A stretch of 63,812 nt of DNA, the filler included, from Octopus bimaculoides (lineage: Eukaryota), in assembly GCF_001194135.2 (NCBI RefSeq). It is 8 parts of 8 records of this genome, joined end to end, with 100 filler letters (N's around TTAATTAATTAA, not from the genome) between each part and the next. Parts side by side here need not be neighbours in the genome. Positions count along the whole stretch, not along the records: positions 1 to 16,110 come from NC_068995.1; positions 16,211 to 20,526 come from NC_069003.1; positions 20,627 to 29,721 come from NC_068991.1; 5 more parts are not named here. The stretch is one strand, 5' to 3'. Shown one piece after another: positions 13,546-26,932 of this stretch; position 1 is the first letter of the stretch, and each line of letters begins with the position of its first letter. A program made the position numbers and the translations under genes. The notes under the pieces are model-generated. The model made no database searches and was not told the DNA's origin. It saw only the letters and a program-made list of their open reading frames with translations.

Positions 13546-14378
13546 GCCTGCCTGTCTGTCTGTATGTATGTATGTATGTCTGTCTGTCTGTCTGTATGTA
13601 TGTATGTATGTATGTATGTATACTATTCCACATATACAAAAGACAGCCATACCAACAATCCGACATACCTCCATCATCAGCTGCCCCACAGATATCATTA
13701 TGGTTTCGACACCTGGGCAATATATGTACATATATTTAGCGATGTTTGTTTTAGAGACTAATTAATGTACGTAATCATACCGTTTTTTCACTGATTATGT
13801 TAATCTTAAACCAAATATTTCATTTTTAAACAGCTTCTCAATGTTCCCTTCACTATGTTATTTTTCATGCAGATGGCGTCGGTAATTTACATTCTTATAA
13901 GTTTACGCAGCGATTGGATCATCAATTTTCTTGGTAAGTTATGGTAAGTTCCTGAAAGTCTAGCAGAGCTGGATCCCGAACATCCCGAGAGAATGGGGTG
14001 GGGAAATGAAAGAAAAAATATTTCTGTTTATGAACTAATTTTCTTTTACCGCATATTTCATCTCACTTTGTTTCGCTTATGGATTAAATAAGCTTTCTCT
14101 CACGTAACTATATTTGGTTCATTTCTCTTTCCTTCCTCCCTCTATCTATCTATCTTTCTAAACCACCGTCCCTCTATCTCTCTTAATTCAATTATACTCT
14201 TCCTCCAGGTCTCTTTCCTTCTTTCTTTCTCTTCTTTATGTCGTCTGCTCTTATCTCACTTGCCGCTTTCTTTCAATTATATCTTTTCTCATTGAGGCTT
14301 TTTATCTTTTCCTCTTTAGTATTTCTTTATCTTCTTTGTCTTTCTCTCTCCACCTGTTTATCTCCCCCACAAAAATAC

Positions 14379-14432
<54 letters not shown>

Positions 14433-15056
14433 TTGCGTTTGCGTGTATGTGCGTATATTCCTCACTCGATTTGTCTCTATCCTACTTCGTCTTCTCACTC
14501 TGCATCTTTCTTCTGTTCACCCGCCCTCTCCATATACCCACACCGCGTCTCCTTACGTCTGTTTCTGCTCATGCGCACACACATGTATGTACCCTCTCCC
14601 TGTCCACTCTCTTTTCCATGCTTCCATCTTCTGCTTTTTCTTCACACTTCGTTTTCTTTCACAAACGTCGTTGTCTTCCTTTCTCTCTATTTATACGTGT
14701 GCATACTCAAGCGTATCACGTGAATCTGTTACAGCTTTTCCCCTGTCAGTCTGCTATTCTCTCCTCCGCTCTCACCTTTCAACTCACCCCTCCATGTACC
14801 CATTTCTTACAAACTGCCTTCAAACATATCGAGAAATACCGCAACCCTGTCGTCGGACGGACAGACGACTTGACAAAACATTGCCGCAAATATTCAGACA
14901 AGACAAGAGATTTCAACAGAACACCGACAGATTAAACTAAAGAATTTTACTGACGCAAAATTCGAGAACACGAAGTAAGAAAATAAATAAATTATTATAA
15001 AGATTAATTTCTGAATAGGCACATGGCCAAAGTTTTCGTAAAAGAAAATATATATA

Positions 15057-15200
15057 GGAACAGACATGGCTGTGTGGTTAAGCAATTCACTTGGCAACCA
15101 CGTGGTTTGGGGTTCAGTCCCACTGCGTGGCACCTTGGGTAAGGCGGCCAATATCTTATTAGTGAATTTGGTGAACGAAATCTACGTGGAAGCCCGTCAT
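15057..15200 (+). mobile_element. SINE family A, 5' part
   Basis: TGGCTGTGTGGTTAAG...GGTTCAGTCCCACTGCGTGGCACCTTGGG; homologous to 47140-47552. Confidence 0.8.
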
Positions 15201-15479
15201 GCCCACACACACACACACTTATGTGTATTATCTTGTTTTCAGAGCCTCAGGATTGCAAAAACCGAACTACACACGTCTCTACTGCAATAAACTCTTAGTA
15301 CTTCGTATCAAATTATATATANNNNNNNNNNNNNNNNNNNNNNNNNNNNNNNNNNNNNNNNNNNNNNNNNNNNNNNNNNNNNNNNNNNNNNNNNNNNNNN
15401 NNNNNNNNNNNNNNNNNNNNNNNNNNNNNNNNNNNNNNNNNNNNNNNNNNNNNNNNNNNNNNNNNNNNNNNNNNNNNNN

Positions 15480-15775
15480 TAATCGACCCCAAGACTTATT
15501 TTTTGTAAGCCTAGTACTTATTCTATCGATCACTTTGGCCGAACTGCTAGGTTACGGGGAAGTAAAAACACCAACATCGATTGTCAAGCGATGGTGGGAA
15601 GTGGGACAAACACAGGCAGAAAGACACACACACACACAAAGATATACATATCTATACGACGGGCTTCTTTCAGTTTCCATCTACCAAATCCACTCACAAG
15701 GCTTTGATCGGCCCGAGGCTATAATAGAAGACACTTGCCCATGGTGCCACACAGTGGGACTGAACCCGGAACAAG
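15480..15775 (-). mobile_element. SINE family A copy
   Basis: Reverse complement of the body of 47140-47552. Confidence 0.85.
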
Positions 15776-15900
15776 TCGACTTTGCCTTTCATCCTTTCGG
15801 GGTCGATAAATTGAGTACCAGTGCTGGTGTCGATCTAATCGACTAGCCCCCTTCCCCAAAAAAATTTCGGGTTTTGTGCCTAGAGTAGAAAAGAATATTT
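15776..15900 (+). mobile_element. SINE family M, 5'-truncated
   Basis: GTCGACTTTGCCTTTCATCCTTTCGGGGTCGATAAATTGAGTACCAG. Confidence 0.85.
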
Positions 15901-16075
15901 TTTGAGTACTTTTCGAGGAAATACTTCGCTATGACCAGCTATGATGTACTCTGTGGAGTACGCATGTGTATCGTTACCGAGTACGAAGCATGTGTGTGTA
16001 TATGTATTTATGCTTATGTATATGCTTATGTATATGCTTATGTATGTACACACACATGCACATGCATATTGTATG

Positions 16076-16110
<35 letters not shown>

Positions 16111-16154
16111 NNNNNNNNNNNNNNNNNNNNNNNNNNNNNNNNNNNNNNNNNNNN

Positions 16155-16166
16155 TTAATTAATTAA
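16155..16166. other. Artificial six-frame-stop scaffold linker
   Basis: TTAATTAATTAA between two 44-N runs (100-nt block). Confidence 0.95.
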
Positions 16167-17202
16167 NNNNNNNNNNNNNNNNNNNNNNNNNNNNNNNNNN
16201 NNNNNNNNNNTGCTTTTTGATACATTCATCTTCTTTTCTCTCGCTAGTCCTAATCACACACACACACACACTGTATATGCAAACGCGTATGTGTTCTTGT
16301 TATGAACAGGGAACGCGCATGAACGTGCAGTTTCTACATTATATATATATGCATGTATGTATGTAGAGACAGAGAGAGAGGGAGATTGAAGTGTGTGCGT
16401 GTGGGGGTACATATGCAACAGCGCCGACACCCACACCCACGAGAGCACAACGAAATGCATCTCTGTAAAATAGGTTACAATCCTACATTTTTCTGTCAAT
16501 GTTTGTCAATTTTTTTCCAGGCAAATATCTCCTGATTTTACTGGAAACATATAACTGGTACCCCCAACCAACTACATCCGTTTCCCCTCCTCTCTTATAT
16601 CGATTCGCGAGTCNNNNNNNNNNNNNNNNNNNNNNNNNNNNNNNNNNNNNNNNNNNNNNNNNNNNNNNNNNNNNNNNNNNNNNNNNNNNNNNNNNNNNNN
16701 NNNNNNNNNNNNNNNNNNNNNNNNNNNNNNNNNNNNNNNNNNNNNNNNNNNNNNNNNNNNNNNNNNNNNNNNNNNNNNNNNNNNNNNNNNNNNNNNNNNN
16801 NNNNNNNNNNNNNNNNNNNNNNNNNNNNNNNNNNNNNNNNNNNNNNNNNNNNNNNNNNNNNNNNNNNNNNNNNNNNNNNNNNNNNNNNNNNNNNNNNNNN
16901 NNNNNNNNNNNNNNNNNNNNNNNNNNNNNNNNNNNNNNNNNNNNNNNNNNNNNNNNNNNNNNNNNNNNNNNNNNNNNNNNNNNNNNNNNNNNNNNNNNNN
17001 NNNNNNNNNNNNNNNNNNNNNNNNNNNNNNNNNNNNNNNNNNNNNNNNNNNNNNNNNNNNNNNNNNNNNNNNNNNNNNNNNNNNNNNNNNNNNNNNNNNN
17101 NNNNNTTCCTGAAAATATTAGTTAGTTCATTTATTGATTTTGGTTTGAAAAACCGTCTTTCAGAGAGAGAGAGAGAGAGTGAGAGAGAAAGAGAAAGAGA
17201 GG

Positions 17203-17236
<34 letters not shown>

Positions 17237-18114
17237 AAGAGAGAGGGCGTGAGTGTGTGTGTGCGTGTGTGTGCGCGCGTGCGTGCACTGTGGATGTATG
17301 TATGTGTGTTGTATTGTGTGTGTGTGTGTGTATTGTGGATGTGTGTGCTGTTTTGTGTATTGCGCCTGTGTGTATATTCGATGACCGATGAGTATGTTTG
17401 CATTTTGCGTGTGTCTGTATTCTCTGTGTGTTTGTGTGTTTGTGTGTATTGCGCTGTGAGCAGGTGTGTGTGTGCGTGCAATCGAACTCGCATCGTTGGT
17501 GGTGATTGGGGAGGGGAGGAGGGGGAGGAGGCTGTGTTGCCGATAATCGATAGTAGTAGCGATAATTAGGTTGAAAGAACGACTACCAACAGCAGCAGCA
17601 GCAGCAGCAACATCAAGAAGAAGCATAATAAAAAAACAAAAAAACAAAAAAAAGACTCATAATTATTTCTAACTTAGTCATAGAGCCACATATTCCAGGC
17701 TGAGCAAACGAGGTAATCAATCAATTGGATCGATCCTCCATACATGATTGATACTCTATTTTATCGATCTCCGAGTGACGATGGAAATATAAAAGCACAT
17801 AGAATCCTGCAAGATTTGATCTCGACACCTCTTAGTTTGCAACTAACCATTGTACTACTGTATTGTGAGAGAAGAATACCCCTGGGAATCGATCTTCTGC
17901 AGGTGAAAGAACCGCAGTTAATCACTGGTATAGGAGGGAATGATTAAGATGAGTTAGAATATCATTTGCTGTACACATCTCCACTCTTCGCATTCTGAGT
18001 TCGATTCCGACCAAGGTGATTAACTCATGTGTGTGTGTGTGTGTGTGAAATCAATGAATAAAATATTGCAACTCTACAGGACTTCGTATATTTATCCCTT
18101 CTCGCTTCATCTCC

Positions 18115-18155
<41 letters not shown>

Positions 18156-20570
18156 TTTGTGAATCATCAGCGATGTGCAGGGGGTCAAGAAAGGGATCCT
18201 TCTCAGGGCTCCACAAATCCTCTACCAATAACCGATCCTGTGGACTCATCATCATCAAAGACAGAAATAACAGCGGATAAAATGAAAGATGGTTCGACCG
18301 GGTTTCGAACCTGGAATCCAGATAAGGCTTACAACAAAAATAAATAAATAAATAATATTGTGATTTATTTAGTTCGATGCTCTTTTCTTTTTGTTTTCTT
18401 TCCCCGTTCTATGTGTGCGCGGTCGCGCGCCTTCCTCTCTATAAAGTGCATTTCTATAATCCGTCCGTTTATTTTTCTATCCTCTACTTTCAAGTGTTTA
18501 CACATTTCACACTCTGCACGAGCGTGTATGTACGTGCATACATACATAAACCATATATATATATATATACGTGCATGTGTGTGTGTGTGTACATGTAATA
18601 CCAGACAGGTTTTGTATCTAAGGTATAAACATCTAGAGAAACTACATTATTATTATTATTATTATTATTATTATCATTATTATTATTATTAGGGAACAGC
18701 ATTGAGTGATAATGGCCAGTGGTGGCATTCATGAATGGTCGAATTGGTCAAGAGTTCATTAGCTTCGTCGGCAAAAACCTAAGTGAAGAGCTCGAACGCT
18801 GGGATAATTCAAAGTTGGCCGCAGAGATGTTTGAACGGACAAACTCGGCTGAACACAAAACAACGGCACCAACAGTATGCAATGATGCCGGCTGCTCACA
18901 TTGGCACACACTTGTCCGTCCCACAGTATATAACTGGTGATAACTGGTTAATTTAGCCTCAAAGTGGAGAATAGAAGACAAAATGACAAAAGCAAAGAAA
19001 AAAGTGGAAACGGCCCGGCGCTTTTGGTGAGGAAAAGAAAAACGTAAGATATTCTGATATTGTTATAAGTGTTTTAGCGCCTGGTCAGTCCTGGTCGGAT
19101 GCACTGATGCAGTGAGATTCCAGGTTCATATTTGCAAAGTCTCTTTTTTTCTTCTTGGTTTTTGAGGTAGAGATATGACGGAGAACTGGCTGCTATTTCT
19201 GGCAGATTTGTCACCTAGAGGCACCTGCGTTTGTTCATAGATGGTGCTGATGGCGAGGACGGTGCGACACGACTCTATTTTAGACTGGTCTGCTTTCTTT
19301 AACTACTAATGTCATCATCATCATCGTCAACAACAACAATCGTTTCTACTATATGCACAAGGCCTGAAATTTTGTGGGGTGGAGGCTAATCGATTACATG
19401 GTCCCCCAGTACTCAACTGGTACTTATTTTATCGACTTCGAAAGGATGAAAGGCAAAGTCGATCTCGGCAGAATTAATAATAATAATAATCATCCTTTCC
19501 GCCGTAGGCACAAGGCCTGAAATGTTGGGGGAGGGGACTAGTCGATTACATCGACCCCAATGTCTCAGTATAATAATAATAATAATGATAACAATAATAA
19601 TAACAACAACAACAACAATAATAATAATAAGGAAAAAGAAGAATTTCTAGCTTAGGCACGAAGCCTAAAATTTTGGGGAGTCGATGTAGTCAANNNNNNN
19701 NNNNNNNNNNNNNNNNNNNNNNNNNNNNNNNNNNNNNNNNNNNNNNNNNNNNNNNNNNNNNNNNNNNNGCACAAGGCCTGAAATTTTGTGGGGTGGAGGC
19801 TAATCGATTACATGGTCCCCCAGTACTCAACTGGTACTTATTTTATCGACTTCGAAAGGATGAAAGGCAAAGTCGATCTCGGCAGAATTAATAATAATAA
19901 TAATCATCCTTTCCGCCGTAGGCACAAGGCCTGAAATGTTGGGGGAGGGGACTAGTCGATTACATCGACCCCAATGTCTCAGTATAATAATAATAATAAT
20001 GATAACAATAATAATAACAACAACAACAACAATAATAATAATAAGGAAAAAGAAGAATTTCTAGCTTAGGCACGAAGCCTAAAATTTTGGGGAGTCGATG
20101 TAGTCAACCCCCTTACTTGACTGGTACCACCTTGTTTCACCAACCCCCAAAAGATGAAAGTCGAAATCTGCTTCTGTGGGTTTCGAACTCAAAGGTACAA
20201 AACGAAAAGGTAGTGATTTTGTTAACCACTCTTTTAATTATAGCAATTTACTTTGATTTCTAAGTTAGGCAGACATTGTAATTAAAGGTAAGGTCATAGT
20301 CGGTTTAATCAACCTCAAGATATAACTGGTACTTCAGTTAATCGACCTCGTCAGTCTGGAAAAGATGAAAGGCCAAAGTGTTGACCTCGGCGGAAATTCG
20401 AACTCTGGAGTTGAAATCAGGTGAGTGGCGGTGGTGGCGGTGGGTGGGTGGTGCAAGGCAAAAGGCCACACACGTGTTTTGGGAAAGAGAACAATCTCGA
20501 AAATATATACCCGTCTTTCAGAAACANNNNNNNNNNNNNNNNNNNNNNNNNNNNNNNNNNNNNNNNNNNN

Positions 20571-20582
20571 TTAATTAATTAA
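20571..20582. other. Artificial six-frame-stop scaffold linker
   Basis: 44N-TTAATTAATTAA-44N. Confidence 0.95.
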
Positions 20583-20626
20583 NNNNNNNNNNNNNNNNNN
20601 NNNNNNNNNNNNNNNNNNNNNNNNNN

Positions 20627-20766
20627 TAGTCATGGTTTCAGTTCCTCTTTGCAGCACCTTGGGCAAGCATCTTCTACCGTAGACCCGGGCCGACCAAAGC
20701 CTTGTGAGTAGATTTGGCAAACGGAAACTGTGCAGAAGCGCAAGTGATATATATCTATATGTGTGT

Positions 20767-20809
<43 letters not shown>

Positions 20810-20955
20810 TTTCTGTTTGTGTATATCCTCTACCATCGCTTGACAACCGATGTTCGTTTGTTTATATCTTTATTAGTTCGGTAAAAGAAACCGATTAAAC
20901 ATGCACCCACCAAGGTGGTGTCCAAGTGTGGCTGCTGTCGAATCACTGAAAAAAT
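20627..20955 (+). mobile_element. SINE family A copy (diverged)
   Basis: CACCTTGGGCAAG...GGCCGACCAAAGCCTTGTGAG...internal (TG)n...CATCGCTTGACAACCGATG. Confidence 0.8.
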
Positions 20956-21211
20956 TAAATGGTCAATGAAGACGGAAGGGATCAAATCCGGGATCAAGTG
21001 TGTCTGAAGGATGAGAATCGTTTCGCGCTTTGCTAAAAATTCACGGATATGAATTGCCCCCTATGCAGGTGCATTGCTATAGCAGAGTCCCCAGAATTTA
21101 TTTATGATGTCTCAGTCCCCTGTTTTTGCGCTACCTCTCACAGTAACCCATTGTGCATCAAACTAAAACTCATTATCGATCGCCTGATGATGTCGAGCAA
21201 GGAGTATAGTT

Positions 21212-21400
21212 TGTGCGTCGGATAAAATGCTTAGCGGGATTTTTACTGGCTCTTTATGTTTTGAGTTCGAATTCCGCCGATGTTGACTTTGTCATTCGTC
21301 CTTTCGGGTTCGATAAAAAAAAATTTAAAAAAATAGTACGAGTTGAGCACTGGAATCGATGTAATCAACTTCCTACTCCCCTCAAAATGTCAAACCCTTT
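21212..21400 (+). mobile_element. SINE family M copy
   Basis: AAATGCTTAGCGG...GAGTTCGAATTCCGCCGA...TCCTTTCGGGTTCGATAA. Confidence 0.75.
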
Positions 21401-22281
21401 GTTCCAAGATGAGAAAGAACTATGGATCGCTTGACCACATTCTTTTATTCTTTCATGCATTTCAGTTCAAAGTCTGTAAAGAACATTTTTTAATAAAAAT
21501 AAAATAAAATTAAAAAAATTAACAAAAAAAAACATGATAACACTACCTTCAAATTTGAGCGTTCTTTTCTCTTTTCTCTTATCCTTTGTCGCGGGGCGAC
21601 GATGACCCAACCCGCAGCAACGATTTAGTTTTTGCTCAAACATCGTTGCTGTACTCCTATGTTCAGTGAATGAACTTTTTTTTCCAGTTCAAAACATTGC
21701 GCATGACATTGCTTACTGCTCAAACAAACCCCACAACCCGCCGCCATTATAGGTCTACTGCAACATTAACATAAAAAGTTACTGTAAAAGACTTTTCACC
21801 ATTTCTAACCGAATTTCACATAAATACTTTGCTTTTACAAATTCTTCGTTTTTTTTTTCACCTTGCGGCAAATCGCCAACACATTAATCATGCGTTCACT
21901 TTAACACGTGTAGATCGATAACTAAACTGATATGGGGTGATATAGCTAGTATTAGACTGAAGGCCAAAGTTACACATACATAACGTTGTACTCACGAGAA
22001 AGCTGCAACTGATTTTTAGTGGGCTGGTTTAAAAGATCTGTTTCTGTCTGTGCACATCAATGTATCTATGGATAAATGTGTTATGTGGTAAGGCTTCGAA
22101 AATAGAAAAACACTCGATCATATACGTAAATAAAATGAGCGGTGTCGATGTCAAGTGAAGGATAGAGCACGCCCATGTCCATTGTGTATGTTTTTTGCTT
22201 TCTTATTCTACCATTTGTTCCTTTGTTGTCACTTTATGTGACATTTCTATTCTATATAATTTGTATATATGTATATTATGT

Positions 22282-22608
22282 GGAGGCGCAATGGCCCAGA
22301 CCGGGCGTTGTGAGTGTTTATTGAGCAAAAACACCCAAAGCTCCACGAGGCTCCGGCAGGGGATGGTGACGAACCCTGCTGTACTCTTCCACCACAACTT
22401 TCTCTCACTCTTACTTGCTGCTTCTGTTGTGCCTGTAATTCAAAGGGTCAGCCTTGTCACACTGTGTCACGCTGAATATCCCCGAGAACTACGTTAAAGG
22501 TACACGTGTCTGTGGAGTGCTCAGCCACTTGCACGTTAATTTCACGAGCAGGCTGTTCCGTTAATCGGATCAACTGGAACCCTCGACGTCGTAAGCGACG
22601 GAGTGCCA
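22282..22608 (+). mobile_element. SINE family C, with most of the tRNA-like head missing
   Basis: GGAGGCGCAATGGCCCAG joined directly to ACCGGGCGTTGTGAGTG; ends GTCGTAAGCGACGGAGTGCC. Confidence 0.7.
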
Positions 22609-23134
22609 GCCACATGTATATTATATATGCTATAGAACCTCTTCAAACTAGATATCAGTATCTATGCGTTGTCTAAGTTTAATAAGATTATCTACAAACA
22701 AAAGCAACCAATATCAATGCAAGCTATCTCCACAAACCATGAATCCACAAACACATCCTATTTTACAAGAATGAAGGACAATTCAGAATAACGAGATTAA
22801 GACATAAAAAATTTACAAACAAGCATAACAGATATGTTTTCTCATCGTCAGCTGTCAAACAAATATCACTATAATTTCGATACCTGGGTGAAACCATATA
22901 TGTATTCATTTATGTACATACGCATAAATGTAAATAAAATGGATTTCTAGAGAGTTTCCTTCAAACAAATTCTAAGGTGGTAGTGTAAAAAACAATATTC
23001 TTTTATTCGGTTACACATACACACACACACACACTTACAAACTCACACCAGTACGCGCGCACATGCACATTATAATTAGTAATCAAATAAGCAAACTAAA
23101 ACCAATGCATGCGTTTTCACTAACAGAATGACCA

Positions 23135-23520
23135 GTCGATTAGACCATCCCCAGTACGCAACTGGTAATTAATTCATCGACCCCCCAAAGGATGAAACGC
23201 AAAGTCGACCTCGGTGGAATTTGAACTCAGAACGTAATAGCAGACGAAATACGGCTAAACATTTCGTCCGGCGTGCAAACGTTTCTGCGAGTTCGCCGCC
23301 TTGGATAATCTTTTCTACTATAGGCTCAAGGCTTGAAATTTTTAGGGGAAGAGGCAAGTCGATTACATCGACCCAAGTATTCTACTGGTACTTAATTTAT
23401 CGATTCCGAATGGATGAAAGGCAAAGTCGACTTCAGCGGAATGTGAACTCAGAACGTAGCAGCAGACGAAATACCGCTAAGCATTTCGCCCGGCGTGCTA
23501 ACGATTCTGCCAGCTCGCCT
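23135..23520 (-). mobile_element. Two tandem SINE family M copies (junction near 23325)
   Basis: Two successive ...GATGAAAGGCAAAGTCGAC...GAACTCAGAACGTA...GACGAAATAC..CTAA.CATTTCG.CCGGCGTGC.AAC blocks. Confidence 0.85.
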
Positions 23521-24811
23521 AGAAATTGAGTTTATGTATGATATTGATCTTTCTTCTACTTCAATTNNNNNNNNNNNNNNNNNNNNNNNNNNNNNNNNNN
23601 NNNNNNNNNNNNNNNNNNNNNNNNNNNNNNNNNNNNNNNNNNNNNNNNNNNNNNNNNNNNNNNNNNNNNNNNNNNNNNNNNNNNNNNNNNNNNNNNNNNN
23701 NNNNNNNNNNNNNNNNNNNNNNNNNNNNNNNNNNNNNNNNNNNNNNNNNNNNNNNNNNNNNNNNNNNNNNNNNNNNNNNNNNNNNNNNNNNNNNNNNNNN
23801 NNNNNNNNNNNNNNNNNNNNNNNNNNNNNNNNNNNNNNNNNNNNNNNNNNNNNNNNNNNNNNNNNNNNNNNNNNNNNNNNNNNNNNNNNNNNNNNNNNNN
23901 NNNNNNNNNNNNNNNNNNNNNNNNNNNNNNNNNNNNNNNNNNNNNNNNNNNNNNNNNNNNNNNNNNNNNNNNNNNNNNNNNNNNNNNNNNNNNNNNNNNN
24001 NNNNNNNNNNNNNNNNNNNNNNNNNNNNNNNNNNNNNNNNNNNNNNNNNNNNNNNNNNNNNNNNNNNNNNNNNNNNNNNNNNNNNNNNNNNNNNNNNNNN
24101 NNNNNNNNNNNNNNNNNNNNNNNNNNNNNNNNNNNNNNNNNNNNNNNNNNNNNNNNNNNNNNNNNNNNNNNNNNNNNNNNNNNNNNNNNNNNNNNNNNNN
24201 NNNNNNNNNNNNNNNNNNNNNNNNNNNNNNNNNNNNNNNNNNNNNNNNNNNNNNNNNNNNNNNNNNNNNNNNNNNNNNNNNNNNNNNNNNNNNNNNNNNN
24301 NNNNNNNNNNNNNNNNNNNNNNNNNNNNNNNNNNNNNNNNNNNNNNNNNNNNNNNNNNNNNNNNNNNNNNNNNNNNNNNNNNNNNNNNNNNNNNNNNNNN
24401 NNNNNNNNNNNNNNNNNNNNNNNNNNNNNNNNNNNNNNNNNNNNNNNNNNNNNNNNNNNNNNNNNNNNNNNNNNNNNNNNNNNNNNNNNNNNNNNNNNNN
24501 NNNNNNNNNNNNNAAAGAGAACATGTGTGTCTGTGTGTGTGTGTGTGAGAGAGAGAGGGAGAGAGGGGGAGAGAGGGGGGAGAAAGAGAGAGGGAGAGGG
24601 GGGGAGAGGGGGGAGAGATAGAGAGAGAAAGGCGGTAACCTTCTATTATACTTTTATTCGTTTCAGTCATTGACTTAGACTCATTCAATTGTTTGATCAA
24701 TTCTATTGAACCCAGCATTCAATTCAAGTCTAGTGCTTATCGATCCCTATTTGTCGCGGCCGATAAGATACGATATACGCACGCACGTGCACACTTGTAC
24801 ACGCACAAATG

Positions 24812-24883
24812 CATACGTGTGCATTCTCACATATGCATACGTGGGCATTCTCACATATGCATACGTGTGCATTCTCACATATG
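24812..24883. repeat. 24-bp minisatellite, 3 copies
   Basis: CATACGTGTGCATTCTCACATATG x3, one substitution. Confidence 0.95.
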
Positions 24884-25145
24884 CGTGTTGTGTTCTTGAG
24901 CAAGACACTTTATTTCAAGTTGCTCCAGTTCACTCAGCTGTAGAAATGAGTTGCGACGTCACTGATGCCTAGCTGTATCGGCCCCTTTGCCTTTCCCTCG
25001 GATAACACTGGTGGCGTGGAGAGGGGGAGACCGGTATGCATGGGCGACTGCTGGTCTTCCATAAAACAACCTTGCCCGGACTTGTGCCTCGGAGGGTAAC
25101 TTTCTAGGTGCAATCCCATGGTCAGTCATGACCGAAGGGGGTCTC
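24884..25145 (+). mobile_element. SINE family D body (TTGAGCAAGACACTT...TTGCTCCAGTTCACTCAGCTG core); diverged relative at 48690-48870 (-)
   Basis: Core motif typical of V/CORE-like SINE central domains; GC-rich 3' part. Confidence 0.65.
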
Positions 25146-26159
25146 AGCAATGTGGGCACAATACGCTTTCAATTCGCTCTATTTGTACTCTAATACGNNN
25201 NNNNNNNNNNNNNNNNNNNNNNNNNNNNNNNNNNNNNNNNNNNNNNNNNNNNNNNNNNNNNNNNNNNNNNNNNNNNNNNNNNNNNNNNNNNNNNNNNNNN
25301 NNNNNNNNNNNNNNNNNNNNNNNNNNNNNNNNNNNNNNNNNNNNNNNNNNNNNNNNNNNNNNNNNNNNNNNNNNNNNNNNNNNNNNNNNNNNNNNNNNNN
25401 NNNNNNNNNNNNNNNNNNNNNNNNNNNNNNNNNNNNNNNNNNNNNNNNNNNNNNNNNNNNNNNNNNNNNNNNNNNNNNNNNNNNNNNNNNNNNNNNNNNN
25501 NNNNNNNNNNNNNNNNNNNNNNNNNNNNNNNNNNNNNNNNNNNNNNNNNNNNNNNNNNNNNNNNNNNNNNNNNNNNNNNNNNNNNNNNNNNNNNNNNNNN
25601 NNNNNNNNNNNNNNNNNNNNNNNNNNNNNNNNNNNNNNNNNNNNNNNNNNNNNNNNNNNNNNNNNNNNNNNNNNNNNNNNNNNNNNNNNNNNNNNNNNNN
25701 NNNNNNNNNNNNNNNNNNNNNNNNNNNNNNNNNNNNNNNNNNNNNNNNNNNNNNNNNNNNNNNNNNNNNNNNNNNNNNNNNNNNNNNNNNNNNNNNNNNN
25801 NNNNNNNNNNNNNNNNNNNNNNNNNNNNNNNNNNNNNNNNNNNNNNNNNNNNNNNNNNNNNNNNNNNNNNNNNNNNNNNNNNNNNNNNNNNNNNNNNNNN
25901 NNNNNNNNNNNNNNNNNNNNNNNNNNNNNNNNNNNNNNNNNNNNNNNNNNNNNNNNNNNNNNNNNNNNNNNNNNNNNNNNNNNNNNNNNNNNNNNNNNNN
26001 NNNNNNNNNNNNNNNNNNNNNNNNNNNNNNNNNNNNNNNNNNNNNNNNNNNNNNNNNNNNNNNNNNNNNNNNNNNNNNNNNNNNNNNNNNNNNNNNNNNN
26101 NNNNNNNNNNNNNNNNNNNNNNNNNNNNNNNNNNNNNNNNNNNNNNNNNNNNNNNNNNN

Positions 26160-26208
<49 letters not shown>

Positions 26209-26639
26209 CGCATATATAAACACACAACACACAAAGCACACACGCCATACACAAACACAAACACACACATATAGATTGATATAAGATATAGGCGCGGACA
26301 CATCACCTTGAGCAAGTATCTTCTACTCAAACTCCTGGCCATATAATGCTTTGTTTGAAAGTGTATGGACTGGGTTGCCCATTCACTGGCCACAGATATT
26401 AAATAAAGTGTTAAACTAGCTCTCTGGAGCTTTCAATATAAACAGAATGGCTACTCATTTCTCTGGGATTGGTCAAGTGTTGCAATCATCTCTCATGGGA
26501 CCCCAAATAAATGATGAAAATCGATTGATTATTATTCTTTAGTCTTCGGAGAAATAGGTATTGATATATTTCTACGTGTAATACGTAGATTGACGCGAGC
26601 GCGCACGCAATCTCTCACACACACACCTTCCTCCCACCC

Positions 26640-26681
26640 CTACACACACACGCCTACACACACACGCCTACACACACACGC

Positions 26682-26700
<19 letters not shown>
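26640..26700. repeat. 14-bp CA-derived minisatellite, ~4 copies
   Basis: CCTACACACACACG repeated. Confidence 0.85.
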
Positions 26701-26720
<20 letters not shown>

Positions 26721-26761
26721 NNNNNNNNNNAATTATTAATTATTATTATTATTATTATCAT

Positions 26762-26819
<58 letters not shown>

Positions 26820-26932
26820 TCCATATACACACAACAGATTAGACTGTTGGAAAAGAAAAAATCCTATCATCAGGCTACAAGTAACCTTAACTGCCAAGAA
26901 CCCCTTCTAAATATCTTAGCTGTCCCTAATAA

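Noticed and set aside
18719-18981. Overlapping non-repetitive ORFs of 73 and 77 aa
   Set aside because: No recognisable motif or bounding splice sites; possibly old transposon debris.
21615-21651. 10-bp inverted repeat CAGCAACGAT/ATCGTTGCTG
   Set aside because: Too short for a pre-miRNA; no other support.
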